A stretch of DNA of 64,000 nucleotides from an uncultured Lachnospiraceae bacterium (GCA_902493385.1 CABUPO010000001.1:197720-261719), one strand, 5' to 3'; counted from the first letter of the stretch, positions 28,919-38,876 are shown. The notes: generated from the sequence alone by a model not told the origin. Translations and numbers: made by a program.

Positions 28919-30026
28919 TTATTTTGTATTAATCCATTTCAGATAGGCATTGATAAATATATCTATATCTCCATCTAAAACTGCATTAACATTACCTGTC
29001 TCTTCATTAGTCCTATGGTCTTTAACCATAGTATACGGCTGCATAACATAAGAACGAATCTGATTACCCCATCCAATCTCTGTTACTTCACCTCTGATAT
29101 CATCCTGCATAGCCTGATTTTCCTGCTGCTTTAAAATATACAGTCTGGCTTTCAGCATCTGCATGGCCTTGTCCTTATTCATATGCTGGGAGCGTTCATT
29201 CTGACACTGCACAACAATTCCCGTAGGAAAATGCGTTATTCTTATTGCGGACGACGTTTTATTAATGTGCTGTCCGCCGGCGCCGCTTGAACGATATGTG
29301 TCGATACGAATATCCTCGTCTGCAATCTCAATATCAATATCCTCTTCTATATCAGGCATTACATCACAGGATACAAAAGAAGTCTGTCTCTTTCCTGCCG
29401 CATTAAACGGCGATATCCTTACAAGTCTGTGTACGCCTTTTTCGGATTTTAAATATCCATACGCATTCTCACCGTTAATCTGCAGTGTAATGGACTTAAT
29501 ACCTGCTTCGTCTCCGTCAAGAGAATCTAAAACTTCCACTTTAAAGCCTTTTTTATCCGCCCATCTCTGATACATACGGCAAAGCATGCCAGCCCAGTCA
29601 CAGCTTTCCGTGCCCCCCGCGCCCGCATGAAGCGTAAGTATTGCATTATCAGAATCATACTCGCCCGATAACAAAGTGGACAGCCTGAGACTTACAAATT
29701 CAGAAACAAATGTATCCATCTCTTCGTTAATCTCTTCTATAAGGGATTCATCCTCTTCTTCATAGCCCATCTCAATCAAGGTCTCAATATCTTCAAATCT
29801 TGTTTCGAGCTTTTTGAACCCTTCTACTACTGATTCAAGCGATTTAAGCTCTTTCATTTTCTCCTGTGCGTCATTAGAATCATTCCAGAAATCCGGTTCT
29901 TCCATGATTCTCTGAAGCTCCTCAATCCTTAACCTCTTATTAGCGAGGTCAAAGTGAATCCCCCACTTCTAATAATGGTCCTCTGTAACTGTTAAGAGTA
30001 ACTTTGATGTTATCCAGTTCAACCAT
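28919..30026 (-). CDS. prfB: Peptide chain release factor 2, with programmed +1 frameshift
   Basis: ORF1 starts ATG 30026 (MVELDNIKVTLNSYRGPLLEVGDSL) and ends CTT TGA C at 29954-29948, with GTGGGG as internal SD. The +1 frame continues DLANKRL into a reading frame containing SPF and GGQ. Confidence 0.97.
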
Positions 30027-30058
30027 TTAATCACTTCCTTTATCTATAATAAATTAAT

Positions 30059-32626
30059 TTATAGTCCTTTTCCGCAGCACTGCTTATACTTGCGTCCTGA
30101 ACCGCATGGACACGGGTCGTTAGGCTGAATTTTCTTTCCCGCTCTTTTTACAGGACCTTTCTTTGCCGAATCGTCTTTATTGGTGCCGGTAACCTTGGCT
30201 ACCTCTTCACGCTCGACCCTCTGCTCAATCTGAACGTGCATAAGAGCTCTTACCGTATCTTCCCTGATAGCGTCAGTCATCGACTCAAACATATCAAATC
30301 CCTGGAATTTGTATTCAAGAAGCGGGTCCTTCTGTCCAAGCGACTGAAGTCCAATTCCCTGTCTTAACTGGTCCATATCGTCTATATGATCCATCCATTT
30401 ATGGTCGATAACCTTAAGAAGAATAACACGCTCTATCTCTCTTATCTGCTCCTCCTCCGGAAATTCAGCTTCCTTTGCTTCATAAAGCTTAACCGCCTCT
30501 TCTTTAAGCTGCTGCATAAGAGCCTTCTTACTCATCTTCTCCATCGAATTATCATCAATAACTACAGGCTTTACCGGTATAATAGGGATAAGCACATTAT
30601 TTAACTCACTGATATCCCAGCTTTCCGGATTCTGATCGTCTCCAATGACAGAATTGACTGCTCTTTCAACAATCTCCGATATCATATTATATATGGTATC
30701 GCGCATACTTTCTCCGTCTAATACTCTTCTTCTTTCTTTATATATTATCTCTCTCTGATCATTATTGACCTGATCGTATTCAAGAAGATTCTTACGAATA
30801 CCATAGTTGTTGCTCTCTATTTTTTTCTGAGCTCTTTCAATTGCATTGCTCAGCGACTTATGATGTATCTGTTCTCCTTCTGCTATTCCAAGCGAATTAA
30901 ACAGTCCCATCAGTCTTTCTGAACCGAAGAGTCTCATAAGATCGTCTTCAAGGGATATAAAGAATCTGGACTCGCCAGGGTCTCCCTGTCGTCCCGCACG
31001 TCCACGAAGCTGATTATCAATACGTCTTGATTCATGACGTTCTGTACCTATAATTTTAAGACCTCCAAGCTCAGTAACTCCTTCACCAAGCTTAATATCC
31101 GTACCACGTCCTGCCATATTGGTTGCAATCGTAACCGCTCCCATCTGCCCGGCGTCTGCAATAATCTCAGCCTCAAGCTCGTGGAACTTTGCATTAAGGA
31201 CTTTATGCGGTATTCCTTTTCTCTTAAGGAGCGCGCTGAGCTCTTCTGACGCTTCAATTGTAATAGTACCCACAAGGATAGGCTGTCCAGTACGATGAGC
31301 CTCGCATATCTCGTCTACGACCGCGTTAAGCTTCTCTTTTCTTGTCTTAAACACTGCGTCGTCATGATCGATTCTTGCAACCGGAAGGTTAGTAGGGACT
31401 TCAACTACGTCCATTCCATATATTTCGCGGAATTCCTTTTCCTCAGTTACGGCGGTACCGGTCATACCGCTTTTTTTATCATACTTGTTAAAGAAATTCT
31501 GGAAAGTAATCGTAGCGAGCGTCTTACTCTCTCTCTTAACCTTAACATGCTCTTTTGCCTCAATCGCCTGATGAAGTCCGTCTGAAAATCTTCTTCCCGG
31601 CATTATACGTCCGGTAAATTCATCTACTATAAGCACCTGGTCGTCCTGAACTACATAATCCTTATCACGGAACATCAGGTAATTAGCTCTTAACGCAAGG
31701 TCCATATTGTGCTGAATCTCAAGATTCTCAGGGTCTGCAAGGTTGGTAATTCCAAAGAACTTCTCAACTCTTCTTACGCCTTCTTCTGTCAGGGTAGCGT
31801 TCTTTTCCTTTTCATTTACAACAAAATCGCCCGTCTCATTAGCGTCCTCGCCCATCATATAATCCATCTTGGACATCTCTTTTGCGGTACCGCGTTCAAG
31901 CTGTCCGGCAAGAATATTGCAGGCTTCATAAAGGCGGGTAGATTTACCGCTCTGTCCTGAAATAATAAGAGGAGTTCTGGCTTCATCAATAAGAACTGAG
32001 TCGACCTCGTCGATGATAGCATAGCTCAGACCTCTTTGTACAAGCTTTTCTTTATATATAACCATATTATCTCTAAGATAATCAAATCCAAGTTCATTAT
32101 TGGTTGCATATGTTATATCGCAGTTATACGCCTGACGTCTTGTGTCGTTATCCATATCACTGAGAATAACACCTACGCTGAGTCCCAGAAATTCATGTAT
32201 CTGTCCCATCCACTCAGCGTCACGCTTTGCAAGGTAATCATTAACCGTAACGATATGAACTCCTTTTCCCGCAAGGGCATTAAGATATGCCGGAAGCGTT
32301 GAAACGAGCGTTTTTCCCTCGCCGGTTCTCATCTCGGTAATTCTTCCCTGATGAAGTATGACTCCGCCTATGAGCTGAACCCTGAAATGTCTCATATTAA
32401 GAACTCTTTTTGCGGCTTCTCTGACAGTGGCATATGCCTCCGGCAAAATATCATCAAGTGTCTCTCCCTCGGAAAGGCGCTTTTTGAATTCATCGGTCTT
32501 ACCTCTGAGCTGTTCGTCAGTAAGCTCCTGATATTCCGGCTCCAGGCTCTCAATCTTATCAACTATTGGTATAACTCTCTTAACTTCTCTTTCGCTGTGA
32601 CTCTTAAATATTTTACTTAGTTTCAT
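30059..32626 (-). CDS. secA: Preprotein translocase ATPase SecA
   Basis: [38 protein letters not shown] and a C-terminal SEC-C motif [13 protein letters not shown]. Start ATG at 32626 after AGGAG. Confidence 0.98.
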   Translation of the reverse strand: MKLSKIFKSHSEREVKRVIPIVDKIESLEPEYQELTDEQLRGKTDEFKKRLSEGETLDDILPEAYATVREAAKRVLNMRHFRVQLIGGVILHQGRITEMRTGEGKTLVSTLPAYLNALAGKGVHIVTVNDYLAKRDAEWMGQIHEFLGLSVGVILSDMDNDTRRQAYNCDITYATNNELGFDYLRDNMVIYKEKLVQRGLSYAIIDEVDSVLIDEARTPLIISGQSGKSTRLYEACNILAGQLERGTAKEMSKMDYMMGEDANETGDFVVNEKEKNATLTEEGVRRVEKFFGITNLADPENLEIQHNMDLALRANYLMFRDKDYVVQDDQVLIVDEFTGRIMPGRRFSDGLHQAIEAKEHVKVKRESKTLATITFQNFFNKYDKKSGMTGTAVTEEKEFREIYGMDVVEVPTNLPVARIDHDDAVFKTRKEKLNAVVDEICEAHRTGQPILVGTITIEASEELSALLKRKGIPHKVLNAKFHELEAEIIADAGQMGAVTIATNMAGRGTDIKLGEGVTELGGLKIIGTERHESRRIDNQLRGRAGRQGDPGESRFFISLEDDLMRLFGSERLMGLFNSLGIAEGEQIHHKSLSNAIERAQKKIESNNYGIRKNLLEYDQVNNDQREIIYKERRRVLDGESMRDTIYNMISEIVERAVNSVIGDDQNPESWDISELNNVLIPIIPVKPVVIDDNSMEKMSKKALMQQLKEEAVKLYEAKEAEFPEEEQIREIERVILLKVIDHKWMDHIDDMDQLRQGIGLQSLGQKDPLLEYKFQGFDMFESMTDAIREDTVRALMHVQIEQRVEREEVAKVTGTNKDDSAKKGPVKRAGKKIQPNDPCPCGSGRKYKQCCGKGL

Positions 32627-32713
32627 ATATATTCTCCTGTTAAAAACATCTTTTACTGCAACATTACATGCTATTGTAACATTAGAAAGAGTTAAATTCA
32701 ACAATAAAACAAC

Positions 32714-32756
32714 AAAAGGCTGTTGCGGCGCTTCTTTTTATAACGCCGCAACAGCC
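32714..32756 (-). terminator. Rho-independent terminator after hpf
   Basis: 13-bp stem GGCTGTTGCGGCG / CGCCGCAACAGCC, followed by TTTTGTTGTTTT on the minus strand. Confidence 0.8.
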
Positions 32757-32784
32757 CAGGTAAAGGAATTTTATGAGAAGAATA

Positions 32785-33312
32785 TTAAAATTCTGGTTCT
32801 ATTAATCCATATGTATGGCCCTTTCTCTTATATACAACATTGACCTCATCAGTCTCTGCATTTCTGAACACAAAGAAATTATGTCCAAGAAGCTCCATCT
32901 GCACACACGCTTCTTCCGCATCCATAGGCTTAACAGCAAATCTCTTTGTTCTAATGATTTTTATCTCTTCATCGTCTTCATTCTCTTCTTCAATAAACGC
33001 TTTTTTAAGACTGACTGCCGTCTGCTGCTTTTCTATAAGCTTTGTCTTATACTTTCTAAGCTGTCTTTCGATTATCTCTTCAACAAGGTCGATTGAAACG
33101 TACATATCGTTACTTTCCTGTTCAGCTCTTATTATATTGCCCTTCATCGGAATAGTAACCTCTATCTTCTGTCTCTCCTTTTCAGTACTAAGCGTAACGT
33201 GTATCTCCGTGCTGTCTGTAAAATACCTCTCAAGCTTGCCAATCTTTTCATTAACGGCAGCCCTGAGCCCGTCAGTCACATCAATATTCTTTCCACTAAT
33301 AATAAACTTCAT
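32785..33312 (-). CDS. hpf: Long ribosome hibernation promoting factor (HPF/RaiA)
   Basis: ISGKNIDVT, DMYVSID..ERQLRKYK, KPMDAEEACVQMELLGHNFFVF and YGLIEP. Confidence 0.95.
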   Translation of the reverse strand: MKFIISGKNIDVTDGLRAAVNEKIGKLERYFTDSTEIHVTLSTEKERQKIEVTIPMKGNIIRAEQESNDMYVSIDLVEEIIERQLRKYKTKLIEKQQTAVSLKKAFIEEENEDDEEIKIIRTKRFAVKPMDAEEACVQMELLGHNFFVFRNAETDEVNVVYKRKGHTYGLIEPEF

Positions 33313-33412
33313 TGTCACCAGCCCTTTCGGTCTTTATTAAACACAGGGGTTATCGCTGTGTTTTGTCTCAATTATAACATATTTTATTATTAATACAAGA
33401 AAAAAACACACT

Positions 33413-33640
33413 TTATTCACATTTCAATTATTTGTGTGTGAATTCCGACTATTATATGGTTGTTTCAGACAATTCAAATGTCAAGGGTTATTTATTATTT
33501 CATACTTTTTATCATTTGTTAATTTTTATTTTTATTTCACAAACCACTACACACGTCTACGCAAATAGTGGATAACGTGAATAACTCCGTGAATAACTGA
33601 TTATTCTGACTTATTTTTGACTAATATATACGTGAATAAC
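33413..33640. promoter_or_regulatory. Cluster of DnaA-box-like 9-mers in an AT-rich intergenic region
   Basis: TTATTCACA at 33413-33421 matches TTWTNCACA. Reverse-strand one-mismatch boxes: AGTGGATAA at 33567 and CGTGAATAA at 33576, 33588 and 33631. Confidence 0.55.
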
Positions 33641-33782
33641 TTTTTATATTTTCCAAATTTAGAAAAACAAACATATATTCCGAATCAATGTTTTGTCGTT
33701 ATTCCATAATATTACATTTTATTCTATCAATGTCCATTAAATTTATTAAACTATCTTTCAGGTTATAATTTTGAATTGTTCA

Positions 33783-33797
33783 AATTGTCAGACAATT
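33783..33797. promoter_or_regulatory. CodY-box-like palindrome
   Basis: AATTGTCAGACAATT has 2 mismatches to AATTTTCWGAAAATT; a weaker copy lies at 33460-33474. Confidence 0.35.
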
Positions 33798-33821
33798 CCG
33801 ACACTTTAATTCTTACCTCCT

Positions 33822-36224
33822 TCAGGGCGTTACCCCTGAAGGAAAATATGCGCGGAAATTACCGCTTACATGCAGAAGACCAAGCATATACAGACATCCG
33901 TCATAATACCTGTATTTACCTTTGGTTGCGCTGACATTCCATAGTTCTTCCACAAAATCCTTTGATATGCTTTTACTTGCTGCAAGCGAAGCCACTGCAT
34001 TCATTGCAACCAGTCCTGCCGAATGGTCGGCCGAAAGCTGATTTCCTGTAAGGCTCCACTGATTACCGTAATCTTCAAGCCCTTTGTCGTAAAAGAACTG
34101 CTGAATCGTATCTGCATGAGTTACCGCCCAGTCATCCTTTCCCCACCATGCATAGTCGTATGCAATATTAGCCGCCGTTCTCCACGCATCAAACCTAAAA
34201 TCTCCATGACCGTCAGTATCTTTAGGCGTTCCGTCAAACTCTGAATAATCAGGCATAAGTCCCGTCGTCTTATTAGTAACCTTTTTAAAATAACTTCTGC
34301 TCGCAGATGCTGCCTGCGACCAAAAAGCTGAATTACCGCTGTCAACACGCTTCCATACCTCATAAAACGCAGGGAGATGATAAGACGGGTCTGTAAATGA
34401 CGAGGCTCCCCATGTAGGGCAGAATACGGGCAGCTTGTACTGTGAATCAAACATATTCCAGCCTGAATTATCGTCAGCCTGATGAAGCATGGCGTTCAGA
34501 ATAGCCTTTGCCTCCGAGCTGTAATTATAAATTCCCGAACCGTCGCCCCATCTTGCCGATGCAAATAAAAGCGCGGTGGCAAAATATTCATCGCCATCCG
34601 AAGCAGGCGTTTCATCAATTTTACTGCCATCAGTCTTACACTGCCATGCAAAGTAATCGTCATACCAGCCCCCGTCATGCTGCATATAAGTCTTCGCCCA
34701 TTTCCACAGTTTATCAAACTCTGATTTTTTATTCATCTGAACGCAAATCATCATTCCATATGACATACCCTCCGAACGTACGTCGTCCGAATCAGCCGTA
34801 TAAATATATGCCATATCACTTCCTACAGTATAATATATTTTCTCCTCGTCACTTCCATAGAAAAGCTGCTGCCATGCAGAATCCAGCTTTTGGTTAATCT
34901 CTGCGTCAGAATGGCCGTTCTCCTTAAACAGATTACGGTAATTGCCTGAATACACAGCTCCCGCCGGCGTCGGCGAAGGCTCGTCTGAAGGCTCGTCGGG
35001 GATAAATCCTTCCGCCTTTTCTTCGTTATAGAAAACTATTGACTTAACAGTAATCTTTATAGCGTCTCCATTATTCATCTGATTAGGATTAAATATCTGT
35101 ATTCCTCTGATAACTCCGCCATTACATTCATCTGTTACATTAAATATCTTCGTAGTATATTCCGACGACGCAGTAATCTTCCTTCCCCAGTCAGGATGCT
35201 TTCCTGCCGCCGCATCCGCGCCTGACGCATCCCATTTATCATCAAACAACGCATGTCCAAGATTATTATTATCTCCTGAAAGAGTTCCTTCACTCTTATA
35301 TGTTATTACAGCCGACCTGTATTCACTGTAATAATTCTGCGCGTTATCAGGAAGCAGGAAATTAACGGCCGCCCACTGGGTCTTAAATGTAATCGTCATT
35401 GTTTTGTCGTCATTATAAATTATTTCTGCATTTCCCTCATTAACAAGCGAATCAGAATCCTCTGTAAGAGGAATATATACAACAGGCTTTGCAGTTACCG
35501 CAGGCCTGTCATACTTGGGATTAGGACCGGGATAATATGTAGGTCTTGCCGTAGGAGCCTGCGTAGGCGCTTTTGTCGGCGCTTTTGTTGGAGCCTTAGT
35601 AGGAGCATTAGTTGGTGTATTGGTCGGTACATCTGTCGGCTCCTTTGTTGGCTCATCAGTTGGCTCATCAGTTGGCTCATCAGTTGGCTCATCAGTTGGC
35701 TCATCCGTAGTCATATCTGTCGGTTCTTTTGTCGGTTCTTTTGTCGGCGCGTCCGACGGATTGTCTGTTGTAATTTTAATCGGTGTCTGCGTAGACTTAT
35801 CTGCAGGCGCGGACGTGTAAGTATTCGTACCTGCAGAAATATCTGCATCTTTACTTACGATAATCCTGACCTTTGTCTTTGCTTTTCCTTTTTTTGCTTT
35901 AATCTTTATTAATGCTTTTCCCGCCTTCTTAGCCTTAACTACGCCGCGTCTGCTTACGGAAGCAATATTTTTCTGGGAAGATACAAAGCTAACCTGCTTC
36001 CACGCTTTCTTTTTTACTTTTTTATTAATTGCAATTTTTAATTTAAGCTTCTTGCCCTCGCTCATATTAAAAAAGCCCGACTTACAGCCTTTCACAGAAA
36101 GCTTCTTAATTTTCTGTGCAGCTGACGCCGGTCCTTGATATGTGGACGGTATGCTTAATAACAACGCCATAATAAACGCTGTAATCACAGCCGTCGTTCT
36201 TCTTTTTTTGTGTTTTGTCCCCAT
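33822..36224 (-). CDS. Secreted GH8 xylanase: Lys-rich Ig-like module, P/T linker, unassigned beta-sandwich domain, GH8 catalytic domain
   Basis: GH8 xylanase motifs DVRSEGMSYGM, FAWQ, PASDGDEY, FTDPSYHLP, FRFDAWR and RYYDGCLY; N-terminal signal peptide. Confidence 0.92.
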   Translation of the reverse strand: MGTKHKKRRTTAVITAFIMALLLSIPSTYQGPASAAQKIKKLSVKGCKSGFFNMSEGKKLKLKIAINKKVKKKAWKQVSFVSSQKNIASVSRRGVVKAKKAGKALIKIKAKKGKAKTKVRIIVSKDADISAGTNTYTSAPADKSTQTPIKITTDNPSDAPTKEPTKEPTDMTTDEPTDEPTDEPTDEPTDEPTKEPTDVPTNTPTNAPTKAPTKAPTKAPTQAPTARPTYYPGPNPKYDRPAVTAKPVVYIPLTEDSDSLVNEGNAEIIYNDDKTMTITFKTQWAAVNFLLPDNAQNYYSEYRSAVITYKSEGTLSGDNNNLGHALFDDKWDASGADAAAGKHPDWGRKITASSEYTTKIFNVTDECNGGVIRGIQIFNPNQMNNGDAIKITVKSIVFYNEEKAEGFIPDEPSDEPSPTPAGAVYSGNYRNLFKENGHSDAEINQKLDSAWQQLFYGSDEEKIYYTVGSDMAYIYTADSDDVRSEGMSYGMMICVQMNKKSEFDKLWKWAKTYMQHDGGWYDDYFAWQCKTDGSKIDETPASDGDEYFATALLFASARWGDGSGIYNYSSEAKAILNAMLHQADDNSGWNMFDSQYKLPVFCPTWGASSFTDPSYHLPAFYEVWKRVDSGNSAFWSQAASASRSYFKKVTNKTTGLMPDYSEFDGTPKDTDGHGDFRFDAWRTAANIAYDYAWWGKDDWAVTHADTIQQFFYDKGLEDYGNQWSLTGNQLSADHSAGLVAMNAVASLAASKSISKDFVEELWNVSATKGKYRYYDGCLYMLGLLHVSGNFRAYFPSGVTP
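35647..35705. repeat. 12-bp tandem repeat encoding (DEPT)n in the GH8 linker
   Basis: GTTGGCTCATCA four times plus an 11/12 copy, flanked by degenerate KEPT/KAPT units. Confidence 0.9.
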
Positions 36225-36311
36225 ATAATCTTCTCCTCGTGTAAATTTTCTGCCACTAATTTATAATATACTTCATCAATCTGTGAAAATCAATTATTTT
36301 AATATATTATG

Positions 36312-36845
36312 TTATACCACCTTACACAGCGTAAGCAGCCAGTATACCACTCCCAAAACCCAGCTTGTAAATATTCCGTACAATATAACCGGACCTGCAA
36401 TAGTGAATATTTTACAGCCTATTCCGAATATCTGTCCCTCTTTTTTAAACTCAATTGCCGGTGACGCCACTGAATTTGCAAATCCGGTAATAGGAACCAA
36501 AACTCCCGCGCCCGCATATTTTGTCAGCTTTGCAAAGACGCCAAAGCCGGTAAGGATTACGCTGAGAAGCACAAGCGAAAGCGTCGTATACATTCCCGCA
36601 GTCTTCTCATCATTTCCCATACTCATATACCACGAGGTAAAAGCCTGTCCGATTGTACATACGATGCCGCCTGTAAAAAATGCCCTCCATAAGTTGCGGC
36701 TCCAGGAATGCTTAGGCGTAACCTTTTTAACATATGCATTATATGCATCATTGCGGAGGCTTTCATCACTTTCACTCATTACATCATGAATTGAAACATT
36801 TTTCTTATTATAAGAACGCTTCCCACACATTTTATTAGACTTCAT
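36312..36845 (-). CDS. spoVAC: Stage V sporulation protein AC
   Basis: AFFTGGIVCTIGQ, AGAGVLVPITGFANSV, IEFKKEG and KIFTIAGPVI. Confidence 0.95.
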   Translation of the reverse strand: MKSNKMCGKRSYNKKNVSIHDVMSESDESLRNDAYNAYVKKVTPKHSWSRNLWRAFFTGGIVCTIGQAFTSWYMSMGNDEKTAGMYTTLSLVLLSVILTGFGVFAKLTKYAGAGVLVPITGFANSVASPAIEFKKEGQIFGIGCKIFTIAGPVILYGIFTSWVLGVVYWLLTLCKVV

Positions 36846-36877
36846 AATAATACCTCCATTTTATTTTTGCTTAAACG

Positions 36878-37297
36878 TCATGTCCAGCCAAATATAAACT
36901 GAATAAATGCTCCCGCCAGTTTTCCTGCAGCTATACCGCAGACCATAACCGGAAGGCCCTCAACAAGACCCGTACGCTTTACAAGTATCGGAAATACCTT
37001 AAGGACCTCTGCAAGAGCCATCGCAAGACATCCTACAAATATACCGCAGAAAAGTCCGAATACAACGATTCCAATATGGTAAAGCGGCAGCTTTACATCA
37101 TATATAAGCATTATATTACCAAGGGTACCGCCAATAACTATCGCGGTTTCATACACCGAAGTATATGACGACGTATGCGTTCTGTATGCGAGCCTTGTAA
37201 ACACTCCGAGCATAACTATAAACGCAAAGGTTCCCGCAGCAACCATGCCGCCTGCGGAGATACCCATAATGAACATCGCCGTTCCTTTAAGAAACAT
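36878..37297 (-). CDS. spoVAB: Stage V sporulation protein AB
   Basis: GIFVGCLAMALAEVLKVFPI and GK.AG motifs; position in the spoVA operon. Start ATG at 37297 after GGGAGG. Confidence 0.88.
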   Translation of the reverse strand: MFLKGTAMFIMGISAGGMVAAGTFAFIVMLGVFTRLAYRTHTSSYTSVYETAIVIGGTLGNIMLIYDVKLPLYHIGIVVFGLFCGIFVGCLAMALAEVLKVFPILVKRTGLVEGLPVMVCGIAAGKLAGAFIQFIFGWT

Positions 37298-37940
37298 CAA
37301 TGGTCTTTCCCTCCCTTGACGCATCTTCAATAAGCGCTTTATTTACCTGGTCTTCATAGTTACGCATCTCGACATGTATCGGCGTAGGGTCAGTCGTAAG
37401 CTTCTTTCTCGAAAAATGATTAAAGAATACAACAATACCTATCGGCAGTCCGATACAATACGAAAACTCAAGTATCGTAGGCTTTCCCTGTTTATCTACT
37501 CCCATAAACCATTTATATACATTATCAAACAAATCTCCGACACTGACGTCAAGATTAAACGTCATTATAGTAAATGCAGCTCCAACAAATGCCACTAATG
37601 TAACAAATCCTGCTTTTACATATTCCATGCCTTTTCGTTTTGCTTCTTTTCCTGACGTTTTCTGCTCTGACGGAGGTGTATATTCAATAATAAAATCACT
37701 TTCACCTTCATTTACAATCTGAAGGCCAGGTTTTTTTCTATGAATAAGTTCAATAACCTTTAATACCGTCATAGCGTACATACCGCTTTCATTAGCGGAT
37801 ATATTGAGAACCATGCATTCGCCTATTTCTTTTACAATGTCATGGTCTACATGGTGAATGCTTGCTATATCCGAAAGCAGTATTTTCTTTTTATTCACTT
37901 TTACATTTTGTTCTATCTTAATATACAGTTCAGAATCCAT
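37287..37940 (-). CDS. spoVAA: Stage V sporulation protein AA
   Basis: LYIK start, FVGAAFTIMTF and YCIGLPIGIVVFFNHF...DPTPIHVEMRNYE. Confidence 0.9.
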   Translation of the reverse strand: MDSELYIKIEQNVKVNKKKILLSDIASIHHVDHDIVKEIGECMVLNISANESGMYAMTVLKVIELIHRKKPGLQIVNEGESDFIIEYTPPSEQKTSGKEAKRKGMEYVKAGFVTLVAFVGAAFTIMTFNLDVSVGDLFDNVYKWFMGVDKQGKPTILEFSYCIGLPIGIVVFFNHFSRKKLTTDPTPIHVEMRNYEDQVNKALIEDASREGKTIDVS

Positions 37941-38064
37941 TACACTCTCTCCAAACCAACACGCCCTTATTAACAATATCTGAATCCTGATGCCAGTACA
38001 TATACATAACTACTGCACAGGCGGCAAATGCTGCGATCATAAAGATTGTCAGTACTTTTTTCAT
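37930..38064 (-). CDS. Small single-TM protein (44 aa), first gene of the spoVA operon
   Basis: Not in the ORF track. MKKVLTIFMIAAFAACAVVMYMYWHQDSDIVNKGVLVWRECNGF with SD AAAGAGG; its 3' end overlaps the spoVAA start. Confidence 0.65.
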   Translation of the reverse strand: MKKVLTIFMIAAFAACAVVMYMYWHQDSDIVNKGVLVWRECNGF

Positions 38065-38097
38065 ATAGCGCAACCTCTTTTCCTAACATTTACGCAT

Positions 38098-38126
38098 TAT
38101 TATGCCACCATATATTTTTTTTATTC
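38098..38126 (-). promoter_or_regulatory. SigG/SigF-type forespore promoter for the spoVA operon
   Basis: Minus strand GAATA (38126-38122), 17 bp spacer, CATAATA (38104-38098); matches GHATA-N17/18-CATAHTA. Confidence 0.65.
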
Positions 38127-38876
38127 ACACGCCGCGCATTTTCGCATTTTCATCAAAACCTTTTTTTCCATCCGCGAAACCTGAACCTGGCTTATTCCCA
38201 TTCTTTTTGCAACCTGCGCCTGTGTTTTATCATGATAATAGCGAAGCTCGATAAGCGAGCGCTCTTTTTCTGATAATTCAGATAAAAGCTTATTTATTAA
38301 TAAATGATTGATTACTTTTTCCTTTTCAACATCAACGGCTCCGCATTCTCCGGACTCACTAAGCCTGTCAATTACATATATATCCTCTCCATCGCCCTGA
38401 TAAGCCGTATTATATATCGACTCTACAGGAAGCGATGCATCCGCCGCAACTACAATATCATCAATAGAAAGGCCTGTTGCTTCAGATATTTCGTTCATCG
38501 TAGGCTCACGGTTCAGCTTTTGCATAATCTGTTCCTTAGCCTGTCTTATTTTTATATTATTTTCCTTAATACTGCGGCTTATTTTTACAAGACCGTCGTC
38601 TCTTAAAAATCTTTTTATCTCACCTAAAATCATAGGTACGGCATAGGTTGAAAATTTAACATTAAATGAAAGGTCAAATTTGTCAACGGCTTTCATAAGC
38701 CCTATGCATCCTATCTGAAATAAATCTTCAGGTTCATAGCCCCTGTTAGAAAATCTCTTCACAATACTCCACACCAGAGCCATATTATTAACAATAATCT
38801 CTTCTCTTGCGCTGGAATTTCCGTTCCGGGCTATTTTAATAAGCTCAATTGTATCCAACAGCCATACCGATATCAT
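38121..38876 (-). CDS. sigF: Sporulation sigma factor SigF (the true start may be TTG at 38858)
   Basis: LVWSIVKRF.NRGYEPEDLFQIGCIGL, FSTYAVPMILGEIKRFLRDDG and TQAQVAKRMGISQVQVSR; downstream of spoIIAA/AB. Confidence 0.95.
   Translation of the reverse strand: MISVWLLDTIELIKIARNGNSSAREEIIVNNMALVWSIVKRFSNRGYEPEDLFQIGCIGLMKAVDKFDLSFNVKFSTYAVPMILGEIKRFLRDDGLVKISRSIKENNIKIRQAKEQIMQKLNREPTMNEISEATGLSIDDIVVAADASLPVESIYNTAYQGDGEDIYVIDRLSESGECGAVDVEKEKVINHLLINKLLSELSEKERSLIELRYYHDKTQAQVAKRMGISQVQVSRMEKKVLMKMRKCAACE

Noticed and set aside
33319..33821. Replication origin (oriC)
   Set aside because: DnaA-like boxes are present, but there is no dnaA/dnaN/rpmH and gene orientation does not switch here.
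33763..33823. Strong SD (AAGGAGGT) overlapping the GH8 stop, followed by a 13-codon GTG mini-ORF on the minus strand (33804-33763)
   Set aside because: Too short and featureless to call. It could be a remnant of a lost gene, but no homology is visible.
35530..35760. CRISPR array or mobile repeat
   Set aside because: The 12-bp units have no spacers and encode the in-frame Pro/Thr linker of GH8. No cas genes are in the window.
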